The notes beneath the pieces are model-generated. The model made no database searches, was not told where the DNA came from, and saw only the letters and a program-made list of their open reading frames with translations. From contig NW_026937737.1 in the NCBI RefSeq assembly GCF_032062105.1, forward strand, positions 1 to 64,000: 64,000 nucleotides of DNA, written 5' to 3'. The position numbers and the translations under genes were made by a program. This DNA is from Saccostrea cucullata (taxonomy: Eukaryota). Below, piece by piece: positions 1 to 13,519 of the stretch (its first letter is position 1; every line of letters starts with the position of its first letter).

Positions 1-119
1 ATTTTTTGCACACGACCCTAAACAAACTTGAGTGGTTGGCAAAATCGTAGTAGCAGAGTTATGAATCGTAGTAGCAGCGTAGTGTATAATGTAAACACAG
101 TGTAAACACCCCTGTATTT

Positions 120-365
120 GGGGGCTACATGTACTGAATTGACCCAGCTATCCCCCCAGACCCCCTAATCTGTACTCTCTTGACCCACCTATCCCCTCCA
201 GGGGCTGCACTCCCTTGACCCACCTATCCCTCCCAGGGGCTGCACTCCCTTGACCCGCCTATCCCCCTCCAGGGGGTGCACTCCCTTGACCCGGCTATCC
301 CCCACAGGGGCTGCACTCCGTTGACCCGCCTATCCCCCTCAGCCCCAAAAGTGCACTCAGTTGAC
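120..365. repeat. ~37-bp minisatellite (GGGGCTGCACTCCCTTGACCCRCCTATCCCC-like), about 6 copies
   Basis: Unit visibly repeated; lies at the 3' end of the Ngaro-like element. Confidence 0.85.
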
Positions 366-569
366 CTCGCCATCTAGACGGTTTATACTACTGATGTATG
401 CCGCTCAGTTCGCCACAAGACCCCAGTCGTATATGCTTGAACAAAGCATCTACGAATGGGGGCGCCGCCACTTTACTAGTGGGGGTCCTGAGCGGCCTGA
501 AACAGCCGTGACCCTTCCTCTCCAGATATCAGCCATTACTGTGATGGCTAAAACTTACATCCATGCCTA

Positions 570-1092
570 GTAATTGGCTTAAATACCCCCTGAATTGTTT
601 TAAGAAAAGTTTATTTTCTTAACTTGGATTAGCCATGTAGCCCCTAACTTAACTTGTACACCATCCCTTTCAAATAAGTTTGGCATGATTTTTTTTTTTT
701 TTTTTTTTTTGATGTCGGGATAGTGGATTAAAAGTTACAGAATCCCCAACATCACAAACTTTGTTAAAGAAAAATGTATTAAACCCCTTTCTAGTATTCT
801 CCATGGCCAGATTATATGCAAGAATAATGCCAATTAATGCGAGCAGAATATGAGCCCATATTAAGTGCACAAGAGGAAATTGGATCTCCTTAATAAATTA
901 CAAGAATTTAAACCTGACATTCTTTAATTTTCTCAATGTTGTTTTCCCAATATCATCTCTTTAAATTATATACCACTGCAAGCTTGCCACCAAATTGAAA
1001 TATCTAATCTTTGCAAATTTAAGTCTGACCGACCAGGCATATTCTTAACTTCTGCATTAGCTCTTAATTTCTGTAATTGATTACCCAAACAA
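570..1092 (-). pseudogene. SGNH hydrolase-like ORF relic of Ngaro element 1
   Basis: VVWVI...PGRSDLNLQRLDISIWWQACSG...LIWAHIL...FERDGVQ aligns by eye with the hydrolase at 55680-56280; many frameshifts. Confidence 0.7.
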
Positions 1093-1119
1093 CTATATAT
1101 ATAACTTGAGGTAATTAAA

Positions 1120-2000
1120 ATCCTGGAATACGTTTGTAAGTTTTATGGCAATCCGATTTCCATCTTCCTAAGGATTGGATAACTTGAGATGAACTTCAGA
1201 TAAAATCCCAAATTCCGTACTTGCCCCAATACTAAAGAAGTGGGATTTGTAGTTCCAAGACTCGAGCTCGAGGTTGAAGACCTGAAAGGAGCTACGGAAA
1301 GAATGACAAATTTTCTAAAACCTTTTAAGATTAGCGCAGGGGCAAAAATTTCTGTATTGGCAACAACTTTATCTGAGAATTTGTCCGAGACTGCTATATT
1401 CCCCCCCACCTTTTTTTTTTCCCAAGAAAGTTATAATATACAATAGAAAATGCAGCTGAAAGCAATTAATGATGCCTCATATGAATTTGTACATATGCAG
1501 GGTAGAATTTTAAGAATCTGCTTTAATATGGATCTTTTAATGGGCAATTATTTTTTAACCTACTGTCAAAGCTGTGAGCTGTGCTTTTTTTTTTAACCCC
1601 TGTAACAACTTTTAACCATGAACTCTTCTGTTAGGTCTCTATGACCTTAAAGTTTGCAATTATAAGAAACGGAAGCTAAGTTAGAACGAACTGTCGAAAA
1701 CCCCAGGCTTTTGATTGACCAGTGTGCAACAAATCTAACAATCAAATAACAAGGGGGCAAATAATATTTAATCCTTGTTACGCCTAATTAATACCATAAG
1801 CCTTGCTGTTTTCAGAAAATGTTGCCCTTAACAACTTGTTTAATTTATAATAGATATAAGGTTCTGCAATACGATTAGTACAGTACTGGTTTTGGTGATG
1901 TATGTGGTGCAGCCTGCAAGAAACAGTGCCACAGCTGCTGAGGGGAAATTGAATCGGCAACAATGTTATTAATAAGTATGCACGTGAACTGCACGGAAAA
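1120..2000 (-). pseudogene. Tyrosine recombinase relic
   Basis: C-terminal motifs NYKSHFFSIGAST (from HSFRIG) and IQSLGRWKSDCHKTYKRIP at ~1125-1260; upstream boundary approximate. Confidence 0.8.
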
Positions 2001-3110
2001 AAAAATTGTTTGAAATGCAGTTTAACACAAATGAACGAAACAATTTCATCACTCTACTAGATTTTGAGGACTTTTTATTCAAAACCATAACCAATGCCCC
2101 ATTATCGATATAAAACCGTATTCTCCTATTTGCAAGCTGACTACCACTTAACTGACAGCCAAAACTACTGGGATAAGGTTTAATGTTGTCATGTTATGCA
2201 ATATATCTGAATTACTGTAGTCAAACGAGCCATCGACTTCTCAATAGAGAATATAGTCACCCATTCACGTGGCTTAGGGAAATAGCACCATTGCCCTCAA
2301 AAGTATGCTCCACAGCCCAGATGTGCAAAAACGGCACTATCTGTATACAGATCTAAAATAATTAAATTCAATTTGACGACCATTCACTTTCTTGGAAATA
2401 AACTTGACCATCTAATTGTGCTAGGAAACTTACGCATATATCTTAAATTGCTTCGTTTCATTGTTTAACATATTATGATGGTGAGGCTTATAGACACTCC
2501 CGGGTTGAATCATACAAGCTCCTAACAAATTTGTAAGAAAAATTGAGCTTCCGTAACAATGACTTTAACTGCCGTAGAACTAATAATTAATGTTCCTACA
2601 GAATGGACGTCAATTTGGTACATTTTTCAAGAGGTATTCTGATCAGCATTTGCATTGTGTCATTTTCTAAGCCTACAAGACAGTGAGTGGGATAAACCGT
2701 TTTGTCATCAGTTAAGGGGAACCCCCAGTTGAATACAAACCCCTTGTAATGTTTGCATTAATTTAAGAATGACTCTCTTTCCTCCCCTGCAAGTATGAAA
2801 TCATCTACATGTAAGTAATATATATACCCTCAACTTTGAATCCTAAAAGGTCAAAATCCCCAGGGAACGTAACTATGTAGAAGCCTAAATGCTGATTTGA
2901 TATCCACTTTTACAAAATATGCACCTTCACCAACCTTTTTATGACTATCAAAGGATGTATAATGACTATGGACTTACTATGGTTTATACAGTGATTTTCA
3001 CTGCTGTCTGCAGGATATGAAAGGTGCGTTATCAATCGCCACCCAGAATTATCCCTCTTTGGTACCACTCCCACTGGAGATACTCTGAGGTAACATGTGG
3101 GAAACACCCC
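2000..3110 (-). pseudogene. Reverse transcriptase/RNase H relic (DIRS/Ngaro type)
   Basis: ORF 2910-3107 RT N-terminal motif; DIKSAFRL; YLDD motif interrupted at 2806-2813. Confidence 0.85.
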
Positions 3111-3559
3111 CCCCCCCCTCTTGATTCAACTTCTTTGTTATTATTATTTTATAATTATTATTGTCCCTGTATTGATAAGCTGAAATTAAATGGTTAACTT
3201 ATTTTTTATTTTTATTATTATTATTTTTTTTTTAATATATAACATTGGACTTGAGTTATAAAGTCTGAACCCCTGAGAAAAAGCCATGCACTCAACAATT
3301 TGTTGCTACGGGTTTGTTTAGATAACGATCAGCTTCGGATCAAGGTCACTCTTTATATAGGAATTCTAATTGGTATGTTTCCTACAGCCAAAATATTTTT
3401 AGCCATTCTCCTTGTATTTTTGGGTGTGGGACTGAAGTTTTTGTCAGGAGTTTGGTGGAGCTTGATGTCTTGTATATGGATTTCTACATTGTAAACTTAA
3501 ATTATTGTGGTTGCATGGGCTGGGTTCGAAAGGAGTATAGGTGCGTTCGAATTAGCTAC

Positions 3560-4080
3560 TCACTGGTATGTTATTTAGCTGGGCTCTTAATTTGACAATT
3601 GCATTGTATGACTTGGTGCATGCCAAGACCACTTGTTTAAGTGCGCATGTACTGACACGGATTTGACTGCAGGACCCCTTAAAATTGAAATCAACGCACA
3701 TTTTTTGTTTGAGTGCGTTAAGTCTGGAGAAATTCCAGCCGAAAACTAGGATTCATGTATAACAACCACAGTTCTAAATCAACTAAGGCCCAAGAACTAT
3801 AGGGGGATCTAAAGATTTTCGAAGATTATACTGCGTGACATATTCAAACCCAAAGCGAACTGTATGGACAAACATAGGATATCTATTACTTTATGTGGAT
3901 GGGCAGATATGTAAATAGATGCAAATATGAGCATGATATCAGTCCATTTTTCAAATGGAAATATTTTTGAGACATTTTCCTTTGTTACAATTTCTCCAGT
4001 GCACTTAGGGTAATTTTTACCCCCCCCCCCCCCCCCCGTTTGAGTGGAAGCAGAAACTGTAATTCTACAAGATGGAAACC
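3560..4080 (-). pseudogene. gag-like relic of Ngaro element 1
   Basis: FEKWTDIMLIFASIYISAHPHK in ORF 3809-4192; Cys-rich CVDFNFKGSC remnant at ~3670-3700. Confidence 0.65.
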
Positions 4081-5305
4081 TGTAGACACCAGTTTGAAAG
4101 TTGGTGTTATCATAAGTGATATAAAGTAACATTTTACTGTTTGTAAGAAATAATAATATGCTTACCTGTATTGTACCTATTAATTTATGCATTTTTTAAA
4201 GTTAAATAAATAGTTATCAGTTACAAAGAAATGAAGCTGAACAGAGTCAAAATAATCATAGATTCGCATAAAACAGAGCTATCAAATTATTATCAATTAG
4301 GCCTACATGATATTATTTGATTACTTTAAATTTGTACACTTAGGACAAAGATGGCGGCTAGCACATGGTGATGCAAATAGACCAATTGAAATGCATCTGA
4401 CCTGATCTAAAACCGTTGTTATCGAATCGATACGTAAACAATACGAATTCATAAAAATAGTAATAGCAATTAAACTTTTGAAGGCAAGAATCTATTTCTA
4501 AAATCTACATTTAGCCATTGTTTTCTCAAATTTGATTAACACCAACCTTGCAACTAGCGTGTAACCGGCAAAGAGAAAGTTTGCAGCACGAGCACCTTTC
4601 TTTATATAATTGAAAGTTAGATAACTCGTGCCGAAACAAGGAGAGATAACTGCGCCAAAAAATATTGCACTGCCAAGATAAAAGCATCTTATTCGCATAT
4701 GGGCGAGATAGATGCTGTATTATTGAAAATCAATTCAGACATGAAATCAAGGTCAGGGCTTTTAAAATCATGTCGTCCACTTCAGAAATATTTTCTAGCA
4801 GGTAGGACACATTCTAAATATGGAAGCCCTATTTCTTCTGAACGTTAGACGTAGGCCCCTATGTGAAGGAAAAAAAAACTTCAGAGAAGTTTGATCATTG
4901 AAGATAAATTAAAGGTATGATATGAAAGCCTTATTTTTACGCTTTCGAAAGTTTCCATCAATTGAATATAAAGTTATAATTTTCAAAACATAAGTCAAAA
5001 TCAAGGTCATTGTCACTGTGTCCCAAACCGTAGTATATTTAGAAGATTCATATATGAGGGAATGCACATGTGTAATATACTTAAGAATAAAGTCCGCGTT
5101 ATCGTGAATATTGCAGGATTTCACCCAAGGTCGAGAAATGTTATTAAAGATACAAACCGAGGCGTTAGCCAAAGCGTTTATTTTTTAATCAATATTTCCA
5201 GAAAGAGAGACTTATTCTGCATGATTCACGACAACAAGGTCAGGACTTCATTTTTATTCAACTAAGAGCCCTTAAATACGGATGATGGTTTCTAATTCTT
5301 ATGGA

Positions 5306-5572
5306 GATTGATTGACTGATTGATTGTATATTGTTTAACGTCCCTCTCGAGAATTTTTCACTTATATGGAGACGTCACCGTATGCCGGTGAAGGGCTTCA
5401 AATTTTGACCTCTACTCGGCATCCAGGGCCATTGAGCAGTGAGGGATCTTTATCGTACCAACGCCTACCGCTGACAAGGGGCCTCGGTTTTTAAGGTCTT
5501 ATCTGAAGGACCCGCAACTTTCACTTCAAAGTGCTGAACACATGGCGATGGAACAGTCGCTAGCCATTTTAA
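5306..5572 (-). mobile_element. tRNA-derived SINE, 5'-truncated
   Basis: Reverse-complement match to 23780-23993, with (CAAT)n tail. Confidence 0.85.
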
Positions 5573-6779
5573 TGACTCACTCAGCGAGCGCTCTACAGAC
5601 TGAGCTTATTCTTATGGAGAAACGAAATAGATCATCATATCTCAATTACGCTATTCGTTTTATCAAAAAAAAAAAAAAAAAAAAAAGATTTGTTTCTTTG
5701 CCTTCGTGTGGAAGGCAGAAGATTTGAAATTTCGCTTTATAACAAATAGCCTTTTATTTATGGTAAAGACCAAGGCACAGTTTCAGTACAAATTAAGACC
5801 CTATTTTTTCATATATAGGAATTCCTTGCAGTAAGGATACACAAATCTCTTCTCTCCTATGAAATCCTAAATGCTAATTGTGACGTCATTAACTTCTGCA
5901 TTTCCCCGTATTTTTTGAAATAAAATTGCAGAAGGCATCAATTTTTAGTGGATTTTTTAAGGTAAAAAAACACCGTCGCCCACAAAGATTTTGAAATGTG
6001 TGATTTTCAAAGCAGTTTACATATTATATTCAAAAACTGAAGTGGCCGAGGAAGACAGACTCTGTTTTTCTCAAGGCAAAACAGCACATAAATGAGTCAT
6101 TCTGAGGCTTTTCTGCATTAAATTTAGAACAGCGTCAAATTAATGACGTCATATTTCCAGAATGGTCCTTCTTCATATAATATTTTTTAATGATTTTTCA
6201 TATTTATCTACTCAACTATATTGTTAAAGTCAATCTCATAATTTTTAAATAACCTCAAAATTTTAGGGCACAATAAAGCACAAACCTTACCGTTTTCTTT
6301 GCTTGTATCATAGATATTTTATTTTTTGGAATGAACAATAAAAAATCAGTTTTCTATTTAATTGCTGTATCACTAAAATAACGGACTGAAAAAGGATGTG
6401 GAACAATCCCGCTTAGCTATAAAAACCTACATTCTTCGGTGACTTTATAGACTTTTCACAGTGTTTCAACTGCGAAAGACTACACCGTTAAGTTTGGATA
6501 GGTATTTCATATTTGAGTCTAATATTTGTTTCGACTGTAAAAGTTTGATATGTTAGTGTATTGGGAAACTTAGAATAACTGAGAAGAATAAGATTATATG
6601 TCCCAATGATTTTGCAAAAGCTTGAGGAATAAAAATAAAAATCGAGTCAGAAAAAAAGTTTCTTGATTTTAAATAGAATTCAAATTGCAAATACATGTAA
6701 ACAGTTTGTATTAATTTTTTTTAAATTATGTTTTCAAATTTAGAATACTTCCCCAACTGAACCATTTTCACAAATAAGG

Positions 6780-7556
6780 ATGCTAAATGTGTATCAGAAT
6801 GTAATAAGACATGATTCAAGAAGCAACGATACAATTTTTCTCATCATACTCATTTTGATCTGTTTAGATGTAAGCGTGGATTGTTATCGACAAAAAACTA
6901 CACCCATTGCAACCGCAGATTTTCTATTCCTTAATCTAATCAAACAAAAATTGTTATGTAATTTAAAAAATGCATCGAAATTATCAGGTTCAATTAACGC
7001 GTCTGTCTCTATAAGCATGTAGATATCTATGCAAATGTGTGGAGTTAAGTTTACGTCAAAGGTCAACATGTCCAAAAATTTATATGATAAATAATGATAT
7101 ATCTTTAAACTGTAAAAGTTCAACTTTATTCCTCACATAGTTTTGGAGCTATTGTAAAATAATTTTTTAAACATGTTGACCTTTGACGAAACCTTAAGAC
7201 AAAATCAGATGAGTAAGGCTCAAATAGAAAGCTGTACAATTATATTTAATTGCATTTACTTAGTATTGTCTCGCTTCCTTTCCATTTTTCCCCTAGATTT
7301 TTTGCAATATCGTCACTTTTCATAAGTCGTGCAACTTCTTTTGATTCACCAAAGGGTGCATGTCAGGAATCCTTAGCCTCTGTTTGTAGTACATCTAGAT
7401 GTCCATAAAATGAAACAGAATTTGAAGCAGCTGCAAAAGGAAAACAATGTAGCCAGTATGATTCCCCGAGTTGTGAATCAATGCAATACCACTGTGTGTT
7501 GAATAACAATTTGACGGGACTAGTTGAAGTGTGTGCAACTCCAAGGTATATTCAAT
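6780..7556 (+). pseudogene. Pseudogenised paralogue of the Cys-rich receptor gene (putative exons 6780-6869 and 7297-7556)
   Basis: Exon 7297-7556 (AG..GT) reads ACQESLASVCSTSRCP*NETEFEAAAKGKQC...YHCVLNNNLTGLVEVCATPRYIQ, colinear with 19114-19372; TAA at 7406-7408; one extra T in a homopolymer; downstream exons not seen; first exon tentative. Confidence 0.8.
7049..7193. mobile_element. Short TTAA-flanked MITE, deletion derivative of the 34352-35065 family
   Basis: TIR GTTTACGTCAAAGGTCAACATG / CATGTTGACCTTTGACGAAACC; TTAA on both sides. Confidence 0.75.
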
Positions 7557-10229
7557 GTATGTAAAGAGTTGATTCTGTTTGTCAATCATACTTATGCTGT
7601 ACGTGTATTACATGTAGTATTTTAGAAATCCTTGGGATTTTTCTTGAAAAATTTTATATCTTCGAAATGATTATAACTACGGGGGGAAATCAAAAAGTTC
7701 GCGAACTAATCGAATAAATTCCATTAAAGAAACAATAAGTAGTTTCAGTGCTGATTATATTTTAAATAGGTCCTCTCCAATTTTAATGCACATCAACAAC
7801 CGTTCTGCTCATGCACGAATCACGTAATATAGGTGATAACGTGACCCACCCGTAGCGTTCTGTCACAAAAGCTAAAAGTTTTTTTTTCTTTTATAACAAG
7901 AACAGTTTATTTCTCAGAAATGGTCAAATCTCGGCAACAGAATTGGTGGATAAGAATATCTTTTCCAAAAATAAGCATGACAACCATTAAAACCCAAATC
8001 TTCTGTCTCGGGAGAGACGTTTATTCAAGGTAGATAGGGAATGAATGCCTCCTAATATCATATCTAAATGTTTAAAATCTGAAATAAACCATATCTTAGG
8101 CATTAAATAATTATATTACTGTTCAAATATTCAACTATACTTAAAAGTGTAAATTTCAGGTCTTTGGCAGCAAATTGCTTAATTAAAAACACATCTCTTT
8201 TCAACCTTGCTTTCACTGGGCAACATAACAAGTACTATTTTTACCCATCTGCATTTCTTCACAAAAACAATCAATCCAACCATTGATTGAATTTGTAGAA
8301 AGTCATTTGTATTAATAAACTGTATATAAATTATCATATGCTAATGCAATGGGATTTCTAAGAAATTCAATAAATTGTATAGTCATTTGTTGAACATGTA
8401 CATCCATTTTTCGTCACATTACACATTATACATGTAACTTAATATACATTCAAAATTTTATACTAGCATAAATAATGGGGAGAAATTTTCGCATATATGC
8501 CCCCATTACACAATCATGTGCCCCAGCGATTGATATTTTTCCCACAAAAGTAGATGTGACCTGAATGTATTAAATTCACGAAAAACATTTTTTCGAAAAT
8601 TTCCATTCACGACTATGCATACTCATGTAAAAAAGCAGATAAAACAAAAGAAAATGGAAACTGTATTGAAAAATACTTCATTTCAATTCTGAGAAAATTA
8701 TTTTTGCATGTTTATATACCTCGTACGAGTATATCATGTAGATTTACGCATCAAATTAAATTCCCCCTCTTATCTATGTCCCAAAATAGACACATTTTAC
8801 AGATTAAAACAACTTATATTTTATTTATTGCTACACAGGCTGAAAACAATTATTCTGCAAAACAAAGTGTTTCCTTTTTTTGGACTTAAAGAAACAAAAG
8901 CTGAATCAAAAACAAAACTAGTTCCCTCGTCTTGAATCTTGTGAATAAATATTAAGTATTCAACTAAAGTGAATGTAGTTTCCTTGTGTGTCATGTGTAT
9001 TACATCAAAATCTTTTGAATAGCCATGCATTTATATTAGGTAAACATTAGGTTTTTTTGAGGAAGTATCACTGAATATATTATTGTCCATTATATGTATA
9101 TTTATATACAGATTTAGATTTTGAAATCACTGATACTGAGACAAGTGTAAATCTACCAACAAATCACCAAAAGTATGTTTGTTCTATCTTATACTTATTT
9201 CATTTAAATTTTAATTGATAACTGGCCATATGCAAATAAGAATTGACATTGAAATAATAAGATGATCATTGTCTCTTTGTATAATACAAACTTTCATGTA
9301 ACTATGTCGACATCAAACTAGACCGTTTTCATTTAAATTATATATAATTTGATACCAAATCAATTTATACAAAATTGTTTGGTTGCCCTCCTTTCGACCG
9401 ACTAAGAATGGCTCGACCAAAAATGTTTTAACGTTCAGGAAGTATTGTTTTTCCTATGTTGAATTGAAAATATGATTTGAAAAAGAAATAGACTTTATTG
9501 ATAGTTTTAAAAATTTTCTGGGAAGAAATAGTTTTATCACCTATATTTTACAGTGAACCTACTGACCCAATATTTTCAGACAGAGTATATGGGTATATAA
9601 GCATTTTTTTTTTTTAAAGTTAAACCAAAAGTTTGCAAAATGTAGTTTTTAAGTAATAATTTTCAGGAATTAAATTATGATTGTTATATTTAAGGCTAAA
9701 TGATCTTTTTATGATGCAATAATGCATATTTCTCAAATACAAGTAATGAAAGCTGTTTTCCTTGTTGCTACATGTACTTAATAAATTATTTCTACATAGT
9801 TGTTTTCATCAGAATTCATCAGAACTTGTGAAGTATACGTATTATGATATTGCTACGATTTATCTGAAGGTCGATATGTTCAGTCTTCGCACGAAGGATG
9901 TACGTATATGTGTATACAACTTTGCACTTGCTTTTCTTCATCGGTACTATGTTAAACATCAAACTCAAATTTAAATCAGTCAAAGCATTGAAAGCATGTT
10001 TTTTTCTTTTAAATAGAACCAGAAACAGATATCGGTGTTGCAATTTTTAAAGTGTTGTCAAAATTGAATTATTTGAAAATGACATGGTCAAAAGAGAAAG
10101 GCGCAGGGGAATATAATATTTTTTTAATATGGTTAACGAGGGCTACATATTAATTTAATAGTACATGTAATACCTTCTCAATCAAGTAAGAAATTTATTA
10201 TTATTTTTTTTATTAAATTTATATCCTAT

Positions 10230-11050
10230 CAAGATAATCACCCTTCACTTCAATCCATCTCTTAGGTCTTTTTATCCAGCTTTGATGCACCTCTATACTC
10301 CGAATGAGCTACACTCTTTATAATTAATTAGACACTGATACACAGGTGAACCTAATGCAGAACGAGAATGATAATGCCATCCAGAAGGATTTTTTTTTTC
10401 AATATCAACAATATAAAGAATAAAGTCCCATGGGGACAAATCTGATGAATTAGGGGGCTGATCCAGTGGGTATTTTCCATTTTTCCATAAGAAATCGTGT
10501 GTGTTCCTTGCAGCGTGTGCATTGTCCTGTAAAAGGTTGATCCCACTCATCCTGACTTTGATCCTCTATTTTGTAATGTTTTTGAGTGTACGTAAGACAT
10601 ATTTTTATTTACCTAAACAACTTAAGTAACACTTCTGCCCTTTTTCAGTTGGAATATGAGTGACAGCCTCATTTGAAATAAAAAAAAAAGATTGCATACA
10701 AACCCTTCCTTGCTGTCTTGCCGCGTTCAGCAATGGTAGGTCATTTACCTGGCTTTTTGAGCCAGATTGTGTTTCCCAGTTTTCTTTCAGATTCATAAAA
10801 TGTAGCCAAGGCTTAACCTTCGTAACAATTTTATGTGGACGTCTTTGATCACATTTTATATAGATTTACAAAAGTTTTCGAAAAATTTGCCATCAATTTT
10901 TTTGTTTGTAATTTCAAATTTTTGAGATCTACGTTACAGATATTTCATGAGTCCCATATGTTTTTTTAAAATCTTTAAATGCTACCAGATGAATGTTCAG
11001 CTTCTTAACAATCTGATTCATGGTCACTCTGTTGTCTTTGTCGATAATGT
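10230..11050 (-). mobile_element. Mariner transposase relic
   Basis: ORF 10293-10550 LLQDNAHAA...QPPNSSDLSPWDF matches mariner HDNA and YSPDLAPxDF motifs; ends approximate. Confidence 0.8.
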
Positions 11051-11809
11051 TTTACTGCTGCAACTGATTTATCATCGATAAATTATCTAGGCTTTTCTTA
11101 CTGTTTCATATTTTCAACTGAATCACTAACAGTTTGAAATGCTTCATATATCGATAAACGGTTAAGATAAATACAAAGAAGCTTCTATATAATGAAACAA
11201 GTCCTTTGAATCCTAAGATTCTATGAAAGCTCTTACTTGAAGAACTTAACAAGGAGCACCTGGGAATATAAAGAATGAAGTAACAAGCACATGAAAATCG
11301 TTGGTAGCTTAACCTAGATAAGGACGTATAGGAAGAAGAATGATATGTTGATAACAAACAATACTTAATATCAAAGTCCATAAAGCAATACAACATTGAA
11401 GCTGGGCATACACGGACCAACGAAACATCTGAGGTGAGATCAGGTGCTATGGAGGAGTGAGCATCCTCTGCTGACCGATCACACCCATCGTGTGTACATT
11501 GTCACGATCGGGAAATACCGGAACAATTAGTTGTCAATTCAGTGAATAAATAATGGACTAACAAATAGTATGAAAAACGTCAGTCTGCATTTGACTCAAT
11601 TATACATTTTATTTGCTGAAAAGGTCATTGTATGGACCTTAGAACTTACGAAATAATGACTTTAAATGAGACTGCTGATATTCTTGTTTCATCATAATCA
11701 ATAATTTATATCGTTTTAGAAAGTGTTAATACGTGAAGCATGCTCTTGCGTATTGAATCAACTGAGTTATACATGTATACACTCCGTATCCAGATGATGA
11801 AGGTATATT

Positions 11810-13351
11810 CAGGCACGTAGCATCCGGGGGGGCCAGGGAGGCCCCCCCCCACTTTTTTTCCCAACATTACCTTTAATATAGAATATGTCTTTTGAAAAGA
11901 TGGTTGCCCCCCCCCCCACACACACACTTTTTACCACAGTATATACATAGCAAGGAAATATAGGAAAAAATTGGAAGTGAGAGGAAGTTTGCCTTGAAAA
12001 AAATTGGCCACCCCCCCCCCCCCCCCCACCCCCACCCCGAAATAGGATTTTCGAGTTTGGGTAATTCAGTTTTCGTTTTTTTTTTCTTTTCTTGCTTGTC
12101 AACTTTTTTTTAAGGGGGGACCTATGTCCGAAAAGTCTTTGTGTGAATTTTTCAAAACTTTGACATTTCTTTCCTGACCACTTGCTCTTAATTTTTAGGT
12201 ATTAAAAACAATACCTTTATATGCTTATTTTTACACAGGAGCACGTGCAAAAACAGTTTGAAATGCTAAAAAAAGATTATTTTCAGTCATTATTGTTTTA
12301 CCCCAAATATGCGCTAAAAAGAACCAAAAATGTCAAATCATATTCAAAATCAACACTTATTTAATTTATATGACTTGTATCTTTAAAATGGAGGCAAATT
12401 CAGTGAAATCCATTTCGCATGAAAAATTATAATGGAGCACAATGTAAGTATTACCCCATTTTTCTTGTCGTATTTTTTACAATTCCGACATGCATAACAG
12501 GTAATATCTTAAAAATTCTTTGTGTGAAAATTTTGTAATTCATATTTTTTGAAAGAAATGATTCATCTCTTTATTTCAACAAAGAAAAAAGTATACCTTT
12601 ATGATAAAATAAACGAGAAATATGACGTTTCCTTTTATTTTTGTACTCTTGTGTCAAAAATATTGACCTTTCTGCACTAAAAAAGGGTAAGTAAGCACTG
12701 ACAAACACCTGAATATAAAACTATTTTGCGGAAAACGAGTATTTTGTTTTGATTAGAAACAATTTAAATAGAAACATATTCTTCTACATTCCATTCATTC
12801 TGTTTCTCCCCCCCCCATTTCCCCGTCAACAACCAATGCCTATTAGAACCAAGGAATGACTTTATACAATCTACATGTACTATATAAATCAATAAGAAAA
12901 TATACACCTGTACAAGTACATTTCTTCATTTTTTTCTTGATTTTCTCCAGAAAATCGATTAATGGTAATTATAAAATTAAACATTTCCCCCTGATTTAAG
13001 CCGCTTTCTTTCTTGAATTTTACCTCTTTATTGCACTATTATATCAGCATATTATCGGGGTATTTTTCACAACAGAAATTGCTATGAATTATTAACCAAA
13101 GGAAGAGAATTCTAATATTAACAAACTCCATAAATCAAATAAACTGTGATTAATGCTTTTGTACGTAATTGATTACCAACAATGTTATGCGTATATCACA
13201 GTTGCAAAAGTCAACAGGTAAAATCAAACGTCGCTATTGTGACGTCACATAACGCTGCCTTGACGTAGAACGACATAGGTCCCCCCTTAAGTAAGTATAA
13301 AAAATTTTCTCAGGTTGGCCCCCCACTGTCAAAAACGATGCTACGTGCCTG
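11810..13351. mobile_element. MITE with CAGG termini and 5-bp TSD (hAT5-like)
   Basis: TIR CAGGCACGTAGCATC / GATGCTACGTGCCTG; TSD ATATT; second copy at 14864-15218. Confidence 0.85.
12114..13286. mobile_element. Non-autonomous TTAA-TSD DNA transposon (Kolobok-like)
   Basis: TIR GGGGGGACCTATGTC / GACATAGGTCCCCCC; TTAA at 12110-12113 and 13287-13290. Confidence 0.85.
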
Positions 13352-13519
13352 ATATTGCTGCATAAGTAAGGGAAGTTGACGATAGAAAGTTAAAGTCATC
13401 ACGTTTATCATATAGCTTGGTTGTTAGATTACCAATAACGTCTTTTTCAAGTAAAATAGCCAAGTATGAAACAGATGTGCTAGGAAGTGTCGAGAAAAGT
13501 CCATCATATATGTCCGTAA

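Larger units (their letters stand above)
120..4700 (-). mobile_element. Degenerate Ngaro/DIRS-group tyrosine-recombinase retrotransposon (gag-RT/RH-YR-SGNH hydrolase); ends approximate
   Basis: Minus-strand fragments in order: gag-like FEKWTDIMLIFASIYISAHP; RT LRVSPVGVVPKRDNSGWRLITHLSYP and YL[HV]DDF; YR YKSHFFSIGA...LGRWKSD; SGNH-like segment. Confidence 0.85.
11340..13480 (-). mobile_element. Penelope-like element fragment, split by nested MITEs
   Basis: TTKLYDKRDDFNF..NFPYLCSNI (13352-13470) continues as NIPSSSGYGVY[TC]ITQLIQYARAC (11730-11809); tail matches 15925-16075. Confidence 0.75.
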
